Shown in pieces: positions 9,681 through 21,522 of a stretch of 64,000 bases of DNA (its first letter is position 1; each line of letters opens with the position of its first letter). Source of the DNA: Takakia lepidozioides (lineage: Eukaryota > Plantae > Bryophyta). The DNA is taken from positions 80,786,001 to 80,850,000 of the forward strand of contig CM060731.1 of NCBI GenBank assembly GCA_030704615.1, read 5' to 3'. The position numbers were made by a program, and so were the translations under genes. The notes below the pieces were generated by a model. The model saw only the letters and a program-made list of their open reading frames with translations, did no database searches and was not told where the DNA came from.

Positions 9681-12600
9681 GCACAAGTTCTGTATCTCTC
9701 ACCTGTCTCCTTTCCCTACATTGCACTGGAAATTTGTTTATTCAGAAAATTCAAGAATAGACTAGGCAAGCTTGATACGAGGTGGCTTACTACACCACCT
9801 TTATGGATAGTCATTACCAAACCATCTGCATCCTGTTCACAGGTTGTATCATACAATAACTGAGGGACATAGCTGGGCAACTTAGCTTTTGAGAGTCTGG
9901 TTGGAATGATACCAGTCTTTACTCTCAGCCTGACTTTTCCATTGTATCATAGACTGAAACTTCTGCAGATTTCAGGTCTTTCACTTGACATTTTGACACT
10001 TGTCCCCTAAATAGTTGGTTCATTTGAAGTTGCTTGCTCTGAGTGTCTTATGTGATAAAACTAATGCGGGAGATATTTTATCTCTCCACATCAGAGGTCA
10101 GTTTCCTAAAGTGTCTAATGCATTATGAAGGTGAGGGGTGATACTCTTGGGACATTATACGGATATGTGTGACCTCCCATGGATAACTTTCCTTCCGGCA
10201 GAATCTGAAAGGGTGATCAATAGCTCATAGCTTTTCCCATCGTTGTGGTTCCCTTATGGTTTATTCGGATTCTACTATTGAAGAATCCATATGTTTCATT
10301 GGGTCAAGTTACCATCAGACTGCATGGTTCAAGAAACAGTTATTGCTCCATATTCTCAACTATCTTCAGTCAAGTTTTTTTTTTTCTTGCAGTCTTTTGT
10401 ATAGGGAATGGGCAGCTGATGAGGCCCTTCCACTGATTAAAGAATGTGTGAACGAGGGCGGTAGCCCGAGCTCATGCATTCTTAAACGGTGGAAGGGCTG
10501 AGTCAGCTGCCCTTCACTGGCATAAAAAATCAACCTCCCCCCTTCATAGCCGCCCCAAAATTGTCATCACAGGAATTTCGGAAGGCCCTAGGTATCTTAC
10601 GCCCTGTCAAGATGAAACGTCCAGTCTGAGTCTGAGAAGGTAATGATTTTAAGTTAACAAAGGGAATTTCTAGTGGGTGTTTTCCATACATAAAGCCCTT
10701 TGAGATTTTTCTCTTTGTTAATATCTGCTCCCAGAGCAGAATAGTCCGATTGACGAGGGAAGGCAATACGCAAGGGTGGAAGGCCCCTTAAATGCGGGAG
10801 GGTAATACACACCGGTGGAACGCCCCATAGCCAGGCCACACATGACGGATGCAAAGCCTCAACGCAGTTCCCATAACGTAGGACCTTGGCGCGAAGCGGT
10901 GTCAGGCCGTTCCTGGCGTCCGCTCGACGTAGTTTTCTAACTTAGGAGAACCTGCCTTATGCAGATGGAAGGCCGTCCCTTGAAAGCTGCAACCTGTAGT
11001 AGGGCGCCATCAATGTGGGAAGGCGCCATGAGAGAAAAAAAAAGGAAGAAATAAAGTTATACTGACGTCACCTTTTGCCTTGTTGGATCTTAGCAACCAA
11101 TCCCTGTTGTTGAAACTGGGTCCCACCAAGGAGCCACCAAGGAACCAACAAGGAAGGATAGGCCTTGTGTGGCAGCTCCCTTTGCAACATTGGGAAGGCG
11201 CCGTTCTTCGAGGTGCGTCCTGCCAACAGAGGCAAATGGTATGTGTGGCCTGGCTATGAAACGCGGGAGCGTGGAATGCACCGCGAGATCTTTATGCAGG
11301 GGAACGGCCTCTGGGGTCGGGGGTTCATGGATTTTCGGGCACACCCTCGGGCTACCGGCCTTGGCCTAGTGCCCTTAAATCCAGGACCCCCCTCCCCTCC
11401 AGCCCTTCCCCTAAGTATACATAATACATACCTCTATGGAGCATCTAGCCAGTTGGTCATCTAGGTGCCTACTATAGACCAAGCCCCTGGCACATGCAAC
11501 TGCCCCCTTGAAACCCCTACTCTAGTTTCGTATTATACAAATCATATATGTGGTGTATCTTATGATCTGGCATGTACTGCATACTATATATATCACATAT
11601 CTAGAATCATCTTGATGCATGTATGTCAAAATGGACCTTCCCACTCATTGTCAGAAAACCCTCTTGCCTATGTGATTAATTCAAACTATGACGGTCGCAA
11701 CTTAGTAGTAATTACGGAACATGCTCAGAATTGTGAAAGATAGATTCTGTGGAGGACCGTCAGATTGCATAGCGATGATTTTTTTCAATAAGAATTGGAA
11801 TCTTTTAACCATTTTTTGAGCATGAAAATATTCTGCAACCTTCAAAAAAGTGGAAAAAAAAATCAACAAATCTTGTCGAAATTCCTAAATGGCTGATCCA
11901 AATGAGTCCAATTTCCACAAGAATATACCATGATGCTGGCCAACTTCTCCTAGGTTTGCAGATTTTGCAGACAATTTTTGGGTATACCTCCTTTGTAGTG
12001 ATTCGGAGGGGAGTCCACACATTGCATTTTCTGCACTTTGCCACCTACTTATTCTAATAAATAATCGATTTTGTTGTTTAAAAAACGGAACGGTCCCAAT
12101 ATTCTCAATCAAGTTGAGAAGGTCCACATAAATTTTTGATTAAATCCATCCATGTAATCCCCCTCAGAGCAGTTTACCTCAAATCTGCACTGAAACATTG
12201 TTTCTTAAGGCTTATCCAATGGTTTTTAACGGAGTAAACATTGTGGTAGAGCAGATCTTCCTACACATGCTGCATGTTGCAACTTTGGGTTTCGTTCAGA
12301 ATCTACCAAAAACTTGTGATGAAGTGAAACCATGAGGCCACTCGATGGCCACTGGGGCGTTGATGCCCCACATGAAACTATATGGTTGAGGAGACTTCTA
12401 TTTGATTTGGGATACCCACAAATTGATCCAACCGCTTTGCACAGTGATAAGCAGGCATCAATTCGTCTGGTACATAATCCATAATTCCATCAGCGGACGA
12501 ACATATTGACCTACAGTATCACATGATTCGCGAATACCAGTCCAATGGTGAAATTTTGAGTTCATACGTTTCTACTCATGATCAACTCGCTGATGTATTT

Positions 12601-12774
12601 ACGAAAGGCATTACTCCTAACAAGTTCAATCGAATGCGCACTCTGCTAAACTGTCTTGCAGTGCACTCAGCTGCAGTAGAAGTGAGAGAATTTAGTGTTT
12701 GAATTCCAGTTGAGTGGAAGTATTGAAGGTTTAGAGTACAACTTATAGTTAAACACTACATTACGTTTAGTTTA

Positions 12775-13485
12775 TGTCGCGCACCTCACTTCGGTAAGCT
12801 CCCCTTCAAGTCATAGTTACTCGCTTTGATGCGCGCGCCTGACTCCCAACCTGGCCGCCCGGGCCAACTTGGAGCTTCGGCTAACGGTCCCCCTTCGCTT
12901 CCCACTAAACCCTCCACCTATTTGGGACTAGGAGAATTCCCTTTGGTAGATGGCAGTCCGGAACAGCTCCCCACTCTTTGGTCGCTTTCCGGCTCGCTTG
13001 CTTACTCGCTAGTTTTTGGTCACCAACGGGCTTGCACCGTTCTCGGGGTCACTACTCCCCTTATATATACTTCTGTAGCTGTCCGCGGGGGTTTCACAAC
13101 CAGCCATGCCATTTTATGGCGAACCACCACGAAAACCCTCGACTCCTGGTGATGAGTCGCAGTGAGTCTTGGCCCACTCACCACGGCCCTTATGGACCGT
13201 GATGAGTCCCAAGACTCCCCACGACTCCCACCTCGAGGTCTCCCCCCATGGTGAGTCCTATGCCACCCCCACTAAGTCCCGCTAAGCTACCACCACCCTT
13301 GTGGAGCCACCCCCACCACAACTCGGTGTGCGGGGCTCCACCTAGTGAGCGCCTCCGCCTCCTTGAGTGACTTGGGCACTCAAGGGTGCTTCAGCCCCCG
13401 TACCTATCGCTGCTACTGCCCCCACCACAGGGGCAGCCCCTCTCGTGTCCCGACCCCCCTGCCCTCAAGGCAAAGGGCCGCGACA
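12775..13485 (-). repeat. 3' LTR of the chromovirus
   Basis: TG...CA ends; PPT-like GGTAGGGGTGTG adjoins it on the minus strand; direct repeat of 20798-21522 and 60613-61308. Confidence 0.95.
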
Positions 13486-16400
13486 CACACCCCTACCAAC
13501 AGGGAGTCGATGTCCTCATCGACTTGTCCATTTTGTAGAAACGAACATCCAAGTTGTGGCGTCCCACATCAAGGAGTTTGTTTCCGAACCATGGCGTCCC
13601 ATGGCAAAGAACCAAACCCCACACTTGACTCTACTCTCCACTAGCTAGTTCGGCCGACTTCCTCCAAGTCCCGGCCAAGGGTGGAGCCTCTCCAGCTCCT
13701 CCTAGTGCACTCTTCTTGGCCTACTTCAAGGCCAAGGAACGATCCTCCCCGAGGATCGAATCGCCTTACTGCAACAACATTGCTTGCGACCGCTCATGAT
13801 GCCGCTTTTGCATCACCTTGAGCAAGGGTTCCCTGGAACCCTCTTTGACTAGAAAGATAACCTTGAACCAACCGTGCGCCCCAATCACTACAATTGGGTC
13901 CGCCTTGGAATGCTGGCCTGAGGTACGGGAACACACCGAAGCCGCACTACGACTTCGTCCCAAGGCTACATGATTATAGTACGTGAACGGAAGCACGTGG
14001 CTTCCGCGTTAGCCCGCACTACAGGCAACCCCCTCGGTAGCGCAGTTATAGTACGCGCACGTGCCAGGTGCGCACTAGCACGTGAACTCCCAAAGAAGTC
14101 GCAAGTTTCCTTGCCCCTTGGATGGGGGTCACCCGATTTCGGCACTACGCAAACACACGATTAACCCAATTTACCTCTCCCACTTTATAAGCTAGCATGC
14201 ATTCTACACACTAGCCAACCATACCATGCATCACCATTCCAAACAAAATAGGACGCACAACATTTGGAACCCATTTCCTTTATAACAAATTTTTGTACAA
14301 TACAAGTTTTTGTAATCGGATTCCTAAGCTAGCTAAGCCGGGCTAAGCATGCATTTCCTCCCCCATGCTCCAAGGTTGATGTCCCCATCAACGCTTCTTC
14401 CGCTTTTGAGGTCGCCCTTCGAAAGCTGCAACCGCCTCGGATGCGTTTCCCATTTCTGAGGCACGCACCAAGATGCCTCCACATGATGATAGCCCTTCCA
14501 TTTGACGAGATACTCCATTTCTCGGTTCCTGAACCTCCTCGACTTAGTATTGCCTCCACCTCGTACTCAGGTTCATTTTCATGATCCAGCAGCATAGGTG
14601 GCGGACGCAACACTTGATGCCGATTCGGACGCGTTTCATCTTTGAAGTAAGGCTTCAAAAGGGAGACATGTGCACCTTGATGTTTGTCGGCAGCTCCAAT
14701 TCATACACATCCTCATTCATAACCTTCGAATGCGAAAGGTCCCGCATACAGAGGTACGAACTTCGGACTCACTTCCGGAGGTAGTCGGAAATTCTTGATG
14801 TTCAACCAGACCTCTGTGCCTGCCTCAAACTTCACTTCCCTCCGCTTCCGATTCGCCTGCCTTTCATACCGTTTCCTAGCTTTGGCAATATTGTACTTTG
14901 CGAGCTTCAACAAACGCTCGCGTTCTTCCAGTACCGCCGCTACTGCCGGTTCCTCAACGTCCTGGGCGGCCAACTTGTCGGCACCAGAGGTGCTTTTCCA
15001 TAGACCAATACGAAAGGGGAAACTCCCGTTGCGGAGTGTTATGTGTTATTATAACAGAACTCTGCCGCGTCTAAGTGTTCCACCCAGTCTGTTTGGTCTG
15101 CCGACACGTATTCCGCAAGATCTGCTTCACTACGGAATTCACCCTTTCTGTTTGGCCGTCGGTCGTAGGTCGAAAGGCGGTGCTCATCTTCAGCCTCGTC
15201 CCCATCTTCTTCCAAAGTGCCCTCCAAAATTTACTCGTAAACTTGGATCGCGGTCCGAGACAATATCCTTCGGGACTCCATGATGTTTAAGACGTGGGCG
15301 AAGTAAAGTCGCCATGTCTCCTGCGCCGTTGCCGTCTCCTTGGTGGGGATGAAATGGCCCATTTACTGAACCTATCCACCACCACCATGATTGCATCGAA
15401 TCCTTTTTTACAGCGGCATAGTAGTCATGAAATCCATCGAGACGCTTTCCCAAGTCCCCTTTGGAATTGGCAAGGGTTGTAACAGCCCCGCTGCTTTTTG
15501 TACTCGCTCCGGTTTTGTTGGCATGTGGTGCATGTCTTGACATACTCCTCTGCCTCCTCCCTCAGTTTGGGCCAGAAATACTCTTTCTTCAAGAGTGCCG
15601 CAGTGCGCTTGGCTCCGCCGTGGCCCGCAAGCGGGCTATCATGGCATTCTCTCAAGAGGCTGTCTCTGATCCCTCCCTTCGGCACGTAGAGACGCTTTTG
15701 CTTATACCGGAGCAGTCCATTTTGCAAGTGGAACTGCGATTTAACCCCCATCCTCAAGTCCTGCATCACGGACTTCGCCAGTTCATCCTTCCGCAAGCCT
15801 CCGATCTTCCTTTGGAGCGCCGTCTCGCCCTTGTACACCAACAAGAGCTGCTGCTTCTACTTAAAGCATCGGCTACCACGTTGTCTCGTCCCGGTTTGTA
15901 CTGGATATCCACGTCGAACACCGCCAAAGTATCTTGCCACCTAAGTTGTTTTGGGGACAACTTGGGTTGCGTGGCAAAATACTTCACCGTGACATTGTCC
16001 GTGAACACCTTCACTGGGTTGGAACCAACATAGTGGCGCCAAAGCTCAAGACAGTGCACCACCGCCTTCATCTCTTTCTCGTGCGTCGACCACCGTCGCT
16101 CCACTTCATTCAGTTTCTTACTTTCGTAAGCCACTGGACGTCCATCTTGCATCAGTACACCCCAATCGCAAAGTCCGACGCATCTGTATGTATCTCAAAC
16201 GGACGATCGAACTCCGGGATTTTCAAGACTGGAGCTTCCGCCATCCGCTGCTTCAATTTAGCGAAAGCTTGGCCACAAAGAGTGTTCCATGCCCAGACTT
16301 TAGATTTACACAGAAGGTCTGACAACGGCCCCGCGATCTTGGCAAAATTTCTCACATACTTCCGGTAATAGGAGGCGAGTCCAAGGAAGGATCGCACTCC

Positions 16401-18880
16401 CGGGACCAAAATCGGAGGCTCCCAGTCCAAGATCGCCCTCACCTTTCTGTCATCCATTTTGATCCCATCCTGTGTAATCACATGCCCCAAGAACTCCACT
16501 TTTGTGACCCCGATTCGCACTTTGAAGCTTTGGCATACAGCTTCCCTTCTCGCAATTTCTGGAACACCCTTTTGAGGTGCTCCAGGTGCTCCTCCTTTGT
16601 TTTCGAATACACCAAGATGTCGTCGATGTACACGATCACAAAGTCATCCAACCACTCCTGGAAAAGGCTGTTCATCAGCGTGCTAAATGTCGCTGGTGCA
16701 TTGGTGAGCCCAAAAAGCATCACCAAGAACTCATATGAACCATACCTTGTCCTGCACGCGGTCTTCTCCTCATCTCCTTCTGCCACTCGAATTTGTTGAT
16801 AGCCGGAGCGCAGATCGATCCGGCTGAAATACTTCGCTCCTGCCACCGATCGAAAAGGTCGTCGATCCTTGCAAAGGATACCGGTTTTTTTATAGTCACC
16901 TTATCAAAGCCCTGTAATCGACACACATCCGCAGCGTCCCATCCTTCTTGTCTGCGAATAGCACCGGGGCTCCGTAAGGTGATTTACTCGGCCGGATGTA
17001 CCCCTTTGACATTAGATCCTTGAGCTGAGTCTTCAGCTCGACCAACTCTCTGTGGCTCAACCGGTAGGGCGCCTTGGCAGGCGGTTCCGATCCCGTATCA
17101 CCTCAATCTTGTGGTTAACTCCTCTTCGCGGTGGCAAGCCGCTTGGTAAATCCTCCGCATCACATCCTGGTATTTCTCCAAAATCCCCTTGATCCAATCT
17201 GGGCTCGGCTCCCCATCGCCTTCTCCTTTCACTTCTCTAATGTAAAGCAAAAATTGGGGGCTTCGTGTGCCTCTCCACGGCCCACTCCTTTGCTGCCCAG
17301 AAGGTTTATTCGCCCTCCACTGATTTGGGCGTTTCCGACACTCGTAAAACCTCGCCACATTCCCACATGGCAGCGTGACTACTCTTGCGGCCATCTATGA
17401 CCGCTCCGGATTTGCTCAAAAGGTCATCCCCAAATGAGATCTACTCCATCGATCTCGCAGATGGTGAAGTTCTCACGTCCCTCCCAACTCCCTAGTTGAA
17501 GAGGAACATCAAACCCAACCTTGTCGCCAACTGTGGTTCTCCTTTGGCAGAACGCACCTCATAGAGGAGGCCCCACGTCACTTGTCGGGAGTCCCAGCTT
17601 TTGTGCCGTTGCCGGTGTCATGAAGGAGTGCGACGCTCCTGTGTCCACCAACAACGACACAATTAGTTCCGGATATTATCCCATCCACAAACAATAACTG
17701 ACTCCCTTTTCGTAAGGCGCCAGTTTCCTGATACAACTCACAAAAAATTGCCTACCTTGCAAGTCCTGGCGACACCCGCTTCACCAAGCAACTGATGGTA
17801 TCTTCCGACAGCTCCGTGGTCGCCGAGTCATGTTCAATTGCCGGGGCTTTCGTACACTTCTTGGCCATGTGCCCGGGCTCCCCGCAATTGAAACACACTC
17901 CATCAAAGGTCGCCTTCTGTCCGCCATAAGCCCTCCACCCGCTTTTCCTTTCGAGCAGCACCGGTGCCGCCTTGACGTGTGAAGGCCCTCCCTTCGATTT
18001 CCACGTGCCATTGTCGCCGCGTGGCCTATCCCACTTCTTTTCCGGTCGGTAGGAGTCACTTCCGCCGGGTCTTCTTGTGGTTCAGCTCCGTACGGCCTTG
18101 TCTCTCACCCTAGGGACATCCGAGAAACATTCAGCCCTCTCATAGCCTCGTTCAAAGTCTTGGGTGGCTTCTCCTCCAACTTCCGCCTGGCCCATGGGCT
18201 AGTCCCGCCACAAAGTTGAAGACCATTTCTGGTTCTGCCATGTCCGCGACTTCGAGCAACAACACATTGAAAGCCTGGACATACCCCGAATGTCATCTGT
18301 TTGCTTCAAATTCCTTATCTTGTCCCGGCAAGCCAGGACGCGTTGATGGGCACAAACTATCTCTTCATCAATTCCTTGAACCCACTCCAGTTCAAGGTTC
18401 CGGCTTGGACCTCGGTCGTGAAGGCGTTTCTGCCACCATTGTTGAGCATAGCCCCTCAAATAGGTGGGAGCCACTTCCACCCGATCCTCGTCACTCAACT
18501 TGGCCGCCCGGAAGTACTGCTCTAGCTCCAGGAGCCAGGTGTTGAGTGCCTTCCGATTTCGGACGCCCTCGAAGGTGTCGGGTTTTCCTTAGGCCTTCAC
18601 CTTAAACTTTGCCTTAGTGGAAGTGGCATTAGCCGCCTTCAACACGTCTTTTTCAACGTCCCGCCAAACTGCGCCAACAACCCTTCCCAAAAGCTGCCCG
18701 GCATGGGAGGCATCTATTGTTTGTCGGAGCTCTCCAGATTCCTCGGGCTCCGACTCCTCGGATTCCTCACGCTCTTGAGCGGCATCATTTTCGGAAACAT
18801 GCATCACTTCCTCAAACGACCGCCTCGTGACACGTCGCCCCCATCGGGCTCACCAGGATCATCATCTTTTGGGCGTTTCC

Positions 18881-20710
18881 TGTCGCGGCCCTTTGCCTTG
18901 AGGGCGGGTCGGGAACACATGAGGGGCTGCCCCCCTGGGGGCCTGCCCTTGTGGGGGCAACGTCAACTTAGGTATGGGGGGGCTGAAGCACCCTTGAGTG
19001 CCCAACGGCACTCAGGGAAGCGGAGGCGCTCACTAGTTGGAGCCCCTCACACCGGTGTTGCGGTGGGGGTGGCTCCACAAGGGGTGGTGGTGAGCTTAGT
19101 GGGACTTTAGTGGGGGTGGCATAGGACTCACCATGGGGGCGGAGACCTCGTGGTGGGAGTCGTGGGTAGTCTTGGACTCATCACGGTCCCATAGGGCCGT
19201 GGTGAGCGGGCCAAGACTCACCGCGACTCACCACCGGAATCGAGGGTCTTCGTGGTGGTTCGCCATAAATGCATGGCTGGTTGTGAAACCCCCGCGGACA
19301 GCTACAGAAGTATATATAGGGAGTAGTAACCCCGAGAACGGTGCAAGCCCGTTGGTGACCAAAAACTAGTGAGTAAGCGAGCGAGCCGGAAAGCGACCAA
19401 AGAGTGGGGAGCTGTTCCGGACTGCCATTTACCAAAGGGAATTCCACTAGGCCCAATAGGTGGAGGGTCTTGTGGGAGAGCGAAGGGGGGACCGTTATGT
19501 CCCGGTGAGCAGCCGAAGCTCCAAGTTGGCCGGCGGCCGGTTGGGAGTCAGCGCGCGATCAAAAACGAGTAACTATGACTTGAGGGGGAGCTTACCGAAG
19601 TGAGGTGTGCGACACTTGGTATCAGAGCTTAGAGTTCAGTACGCGATCGTCCTTGGGATTGGCCTCATCATGGGTCGGGCAAGCCGAAGCGAAAGCGGAA
19701 CGGCCCAAAGAGATGATCCCGGTGAGCCCGATGGGGGCGGCGTTCCCGAAGCGGCCGTTTGAGGAAGCGAGCATGTTTCGAAAACGAGGCCACCCAAGAG
19801 CGGGAGGAATCCGAGGAATCGGAGCCCGAGGAATCCTTGGAGCTCCGACAAACCAACAGATGCCTCCCATGTCGGCAGCCTTTTGGAAGGGTTGTTGGCG
19901 CAGTTTGGCGGGACGTTGAAAGACGTGTTGAAGTCGCTAATGCCACTCCGCTAAGGCCAAGTTTAAGGTGAAGCTAAGGAACCCGGCACTTCGAGGGCGT
20001 CCGAAATCGGAAGGCACTCAACACTTGCTCTTGTGAGCTAGAGCAGTACTTCATGGCGGCCAATTGAATGACGAGGAATCGGGTGGAAGTGGCTCCCACC
20101 TATTTGAGGCTATGCTCAACAATGGTGGCAGAAACGCCTCACGACCGAGGTCAAGCCCGTACAACCTTGAACTGGAGGGGTTCAAGGAATTGATGGAGAG
20201 ATTTTTGTGCCCATCAACGCGTCCTGGCTCGCCCGGGACAAGATGAGGAATTTGAGCAAACAGATGACATCGGGGATATGTCCAGGCCTTCAATGTGCTG
20301 TTGCTCGAAGTCCGCGGACATGGCAGAACCAGAAATGGTCTTCAACTTTGTGGCGGGACTGGCCCCATGGGCCAGGCGGAAGTTGGAGGAGAAGCCACCC
20401 AAGACTTTGAACGAGGCTTATTGAGAGGGTGAATGTTTCTTCTCGGATGTCCCTAGGGATGAGAGACAAGGCCGTACGGAGCTGAACCACAAGAAGAACC
20501 CGGCGGGAAGGTTGACTCCTCCCGACCGGAAAAGAAGTGGGAAGGCCACACGGCGAAAATGGCACGTGGAAATCGAAAGGAGGGCCTTCACACTTCAGGC
20601 GGCACCCGGTGCTTCGAAAGGAAAGCGGGTGGAGCGGCTTATTGGCGGACAGAAGGCGACCTTATATGGAGTGTGGTTTCAATTGCGGGGAGCAATTGAG
20701 GTGCGCGACA
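18881..20710 (+). mobile_element. Nested same-family chromovirus copy in the opposite orientation: 5' LTR (18881-19614), PBS (19617-19628), gag up to the zinc knuckle (to 20693), then only the last 14 bp of a 3' LTR (20697-20710)
   Basis: Begins TGTCGCGGCC and ends TGAGGTGCGCGACA. It is flanked by TTTCC (18876-18880) and GTTCC (20711-20715), a TSD at the host leader site GGAAC. The host sequence resumes exactly after it. Confidence 0.88.
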
Positions 20711-20797
20711 GTTCCGCTTTCGCTTCGGCTTGCTCGACCCCTGATGAAGCCAATCCCAAGGACGATCGCGTACTGAACTCTAAGCTCTGATACCAAG

Positions 20798-21522
20798 TGT
20801 CGCGCACCTCACTTCGGTAAGCTCCCTTCAAGTCATAGTTACTCGCTTTGATGTGCGCGCCTGACTCCCAACCTGGCCGCCCGGGCCAACTTGTAGGCTG
20901 AAGCTTCGGCTGCTCACCGGGACATAACGGTCCCCCTTCGCTTCCCACTAAACCTCCACTATTTGGGACTAGGAGAATTCCCTTTGGTAGATGGCAGTCT
21001 GGAACAGCTCCCAACTCTTTGGTCGCTTCCGGCTCGCTCGCTTATCGCTAGTTTTTGGTCACCAACGGGCTTGCACCGTTCTCGGGGTCACTACTCCCCT
21101 TATATATACTTCTGTAGCTGTCCGCGGGGGTTTCACAACCAGCCATGCCATTTATGGCGAACCACCACGAAAACCTCGACTCACGGTGATGAGTAGCGGT
21201 GAGTCTTGCCCACTCACCACGGCCCTTATGGACCGTGATGAGTCCCAAGACTCCCCCACGACTCCCACCTTAAGGTCTCCACCCCATGGTGAGTCCTATG
21301 CCACCCCCACTAAGTCCCGCTAAGCTACCACATCCCTTGTGGAGCCACCCCCACCGCAACCCGGTGTGCGGCTCCACCTAGTGAGCGCCTCCGCCTCCTT
21401 GAGTGCCTTGGGCACTCAAGGGTGCTTCAGTCCCCCGTACCTATCGCTGCTACTGCCCCCACCACAGGGGCAGCCCCTCTTGTGTCCCGACCCCCCTGCC
21501 CTCAAGGCCAAGGGCCGCGACA
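20798..21522 (-). repeat. 5' LTR of the chromovirus
   Basis: Followed on the minus strand by CT and then the PBS TGGTATCAGAGC. Confidence 0.95.

Larger units (their letters stand above)
12775..21522 (-). mobile_element. Full-length Ty3/Gypsy chromovirus LTR retrotransposon (frameshifted), containing a nested inverted copy
   Basis: Termini TGTCGC...GCGACA; 5-bp TSD GTTTA (12770-12774 / 21523-21527). LTRs at 12775-13485 and 20798-21522; tRNA-iMet PBS TGGTATCAGAGC at 20795-20784. Coding motifs in order: gag zinc knuckle CFNCGEPGHMAKKC (~17860-17900), protease LVDTGASHSF (~17640), RT YIDD (~16625), RNase H DASD, integrase HHCC, GPF motif and chromodomain (EYEVEAIL...YLVKWKGY...SW). Confidence 0.96.

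Noticed and set aside
10060-10500. Possible degraded tandem paralog of the BTB gene (..MCDLPW.., ..LLYREWAADEAL..)
   Set aside because: The similarity is limited to a few residues across frames with many stops; it is not supportable without an alignment.
10826-11258. Perfect 18-bp inverted repeat CATAGCCAGGCCACACAT (10826-10843 / 11241-11258)
   Set aside because: It does not extend, has no TSD and encloses no recognisable ORF. It is probably an internal motif of an old TE.
14329-20700. Numerous frameshifts in gag-pol as programmed frameshifting or an age signal
   Set aside because: They are scattered 1-2-bp indels, often in homopolymers, and copy 2 is much cleaner. Unpolished long-read error in a repeat is as likely as decay, so I drew no age estimate from LTR divergence.
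18881-20710. Autointegration circle re-inserted in the genome
   Set aside because: The insert has its own complete LTR, PBS and leader and is bounded by a TSD. This fits a second element inserting in reverse, not a single self-integrated cDNA.
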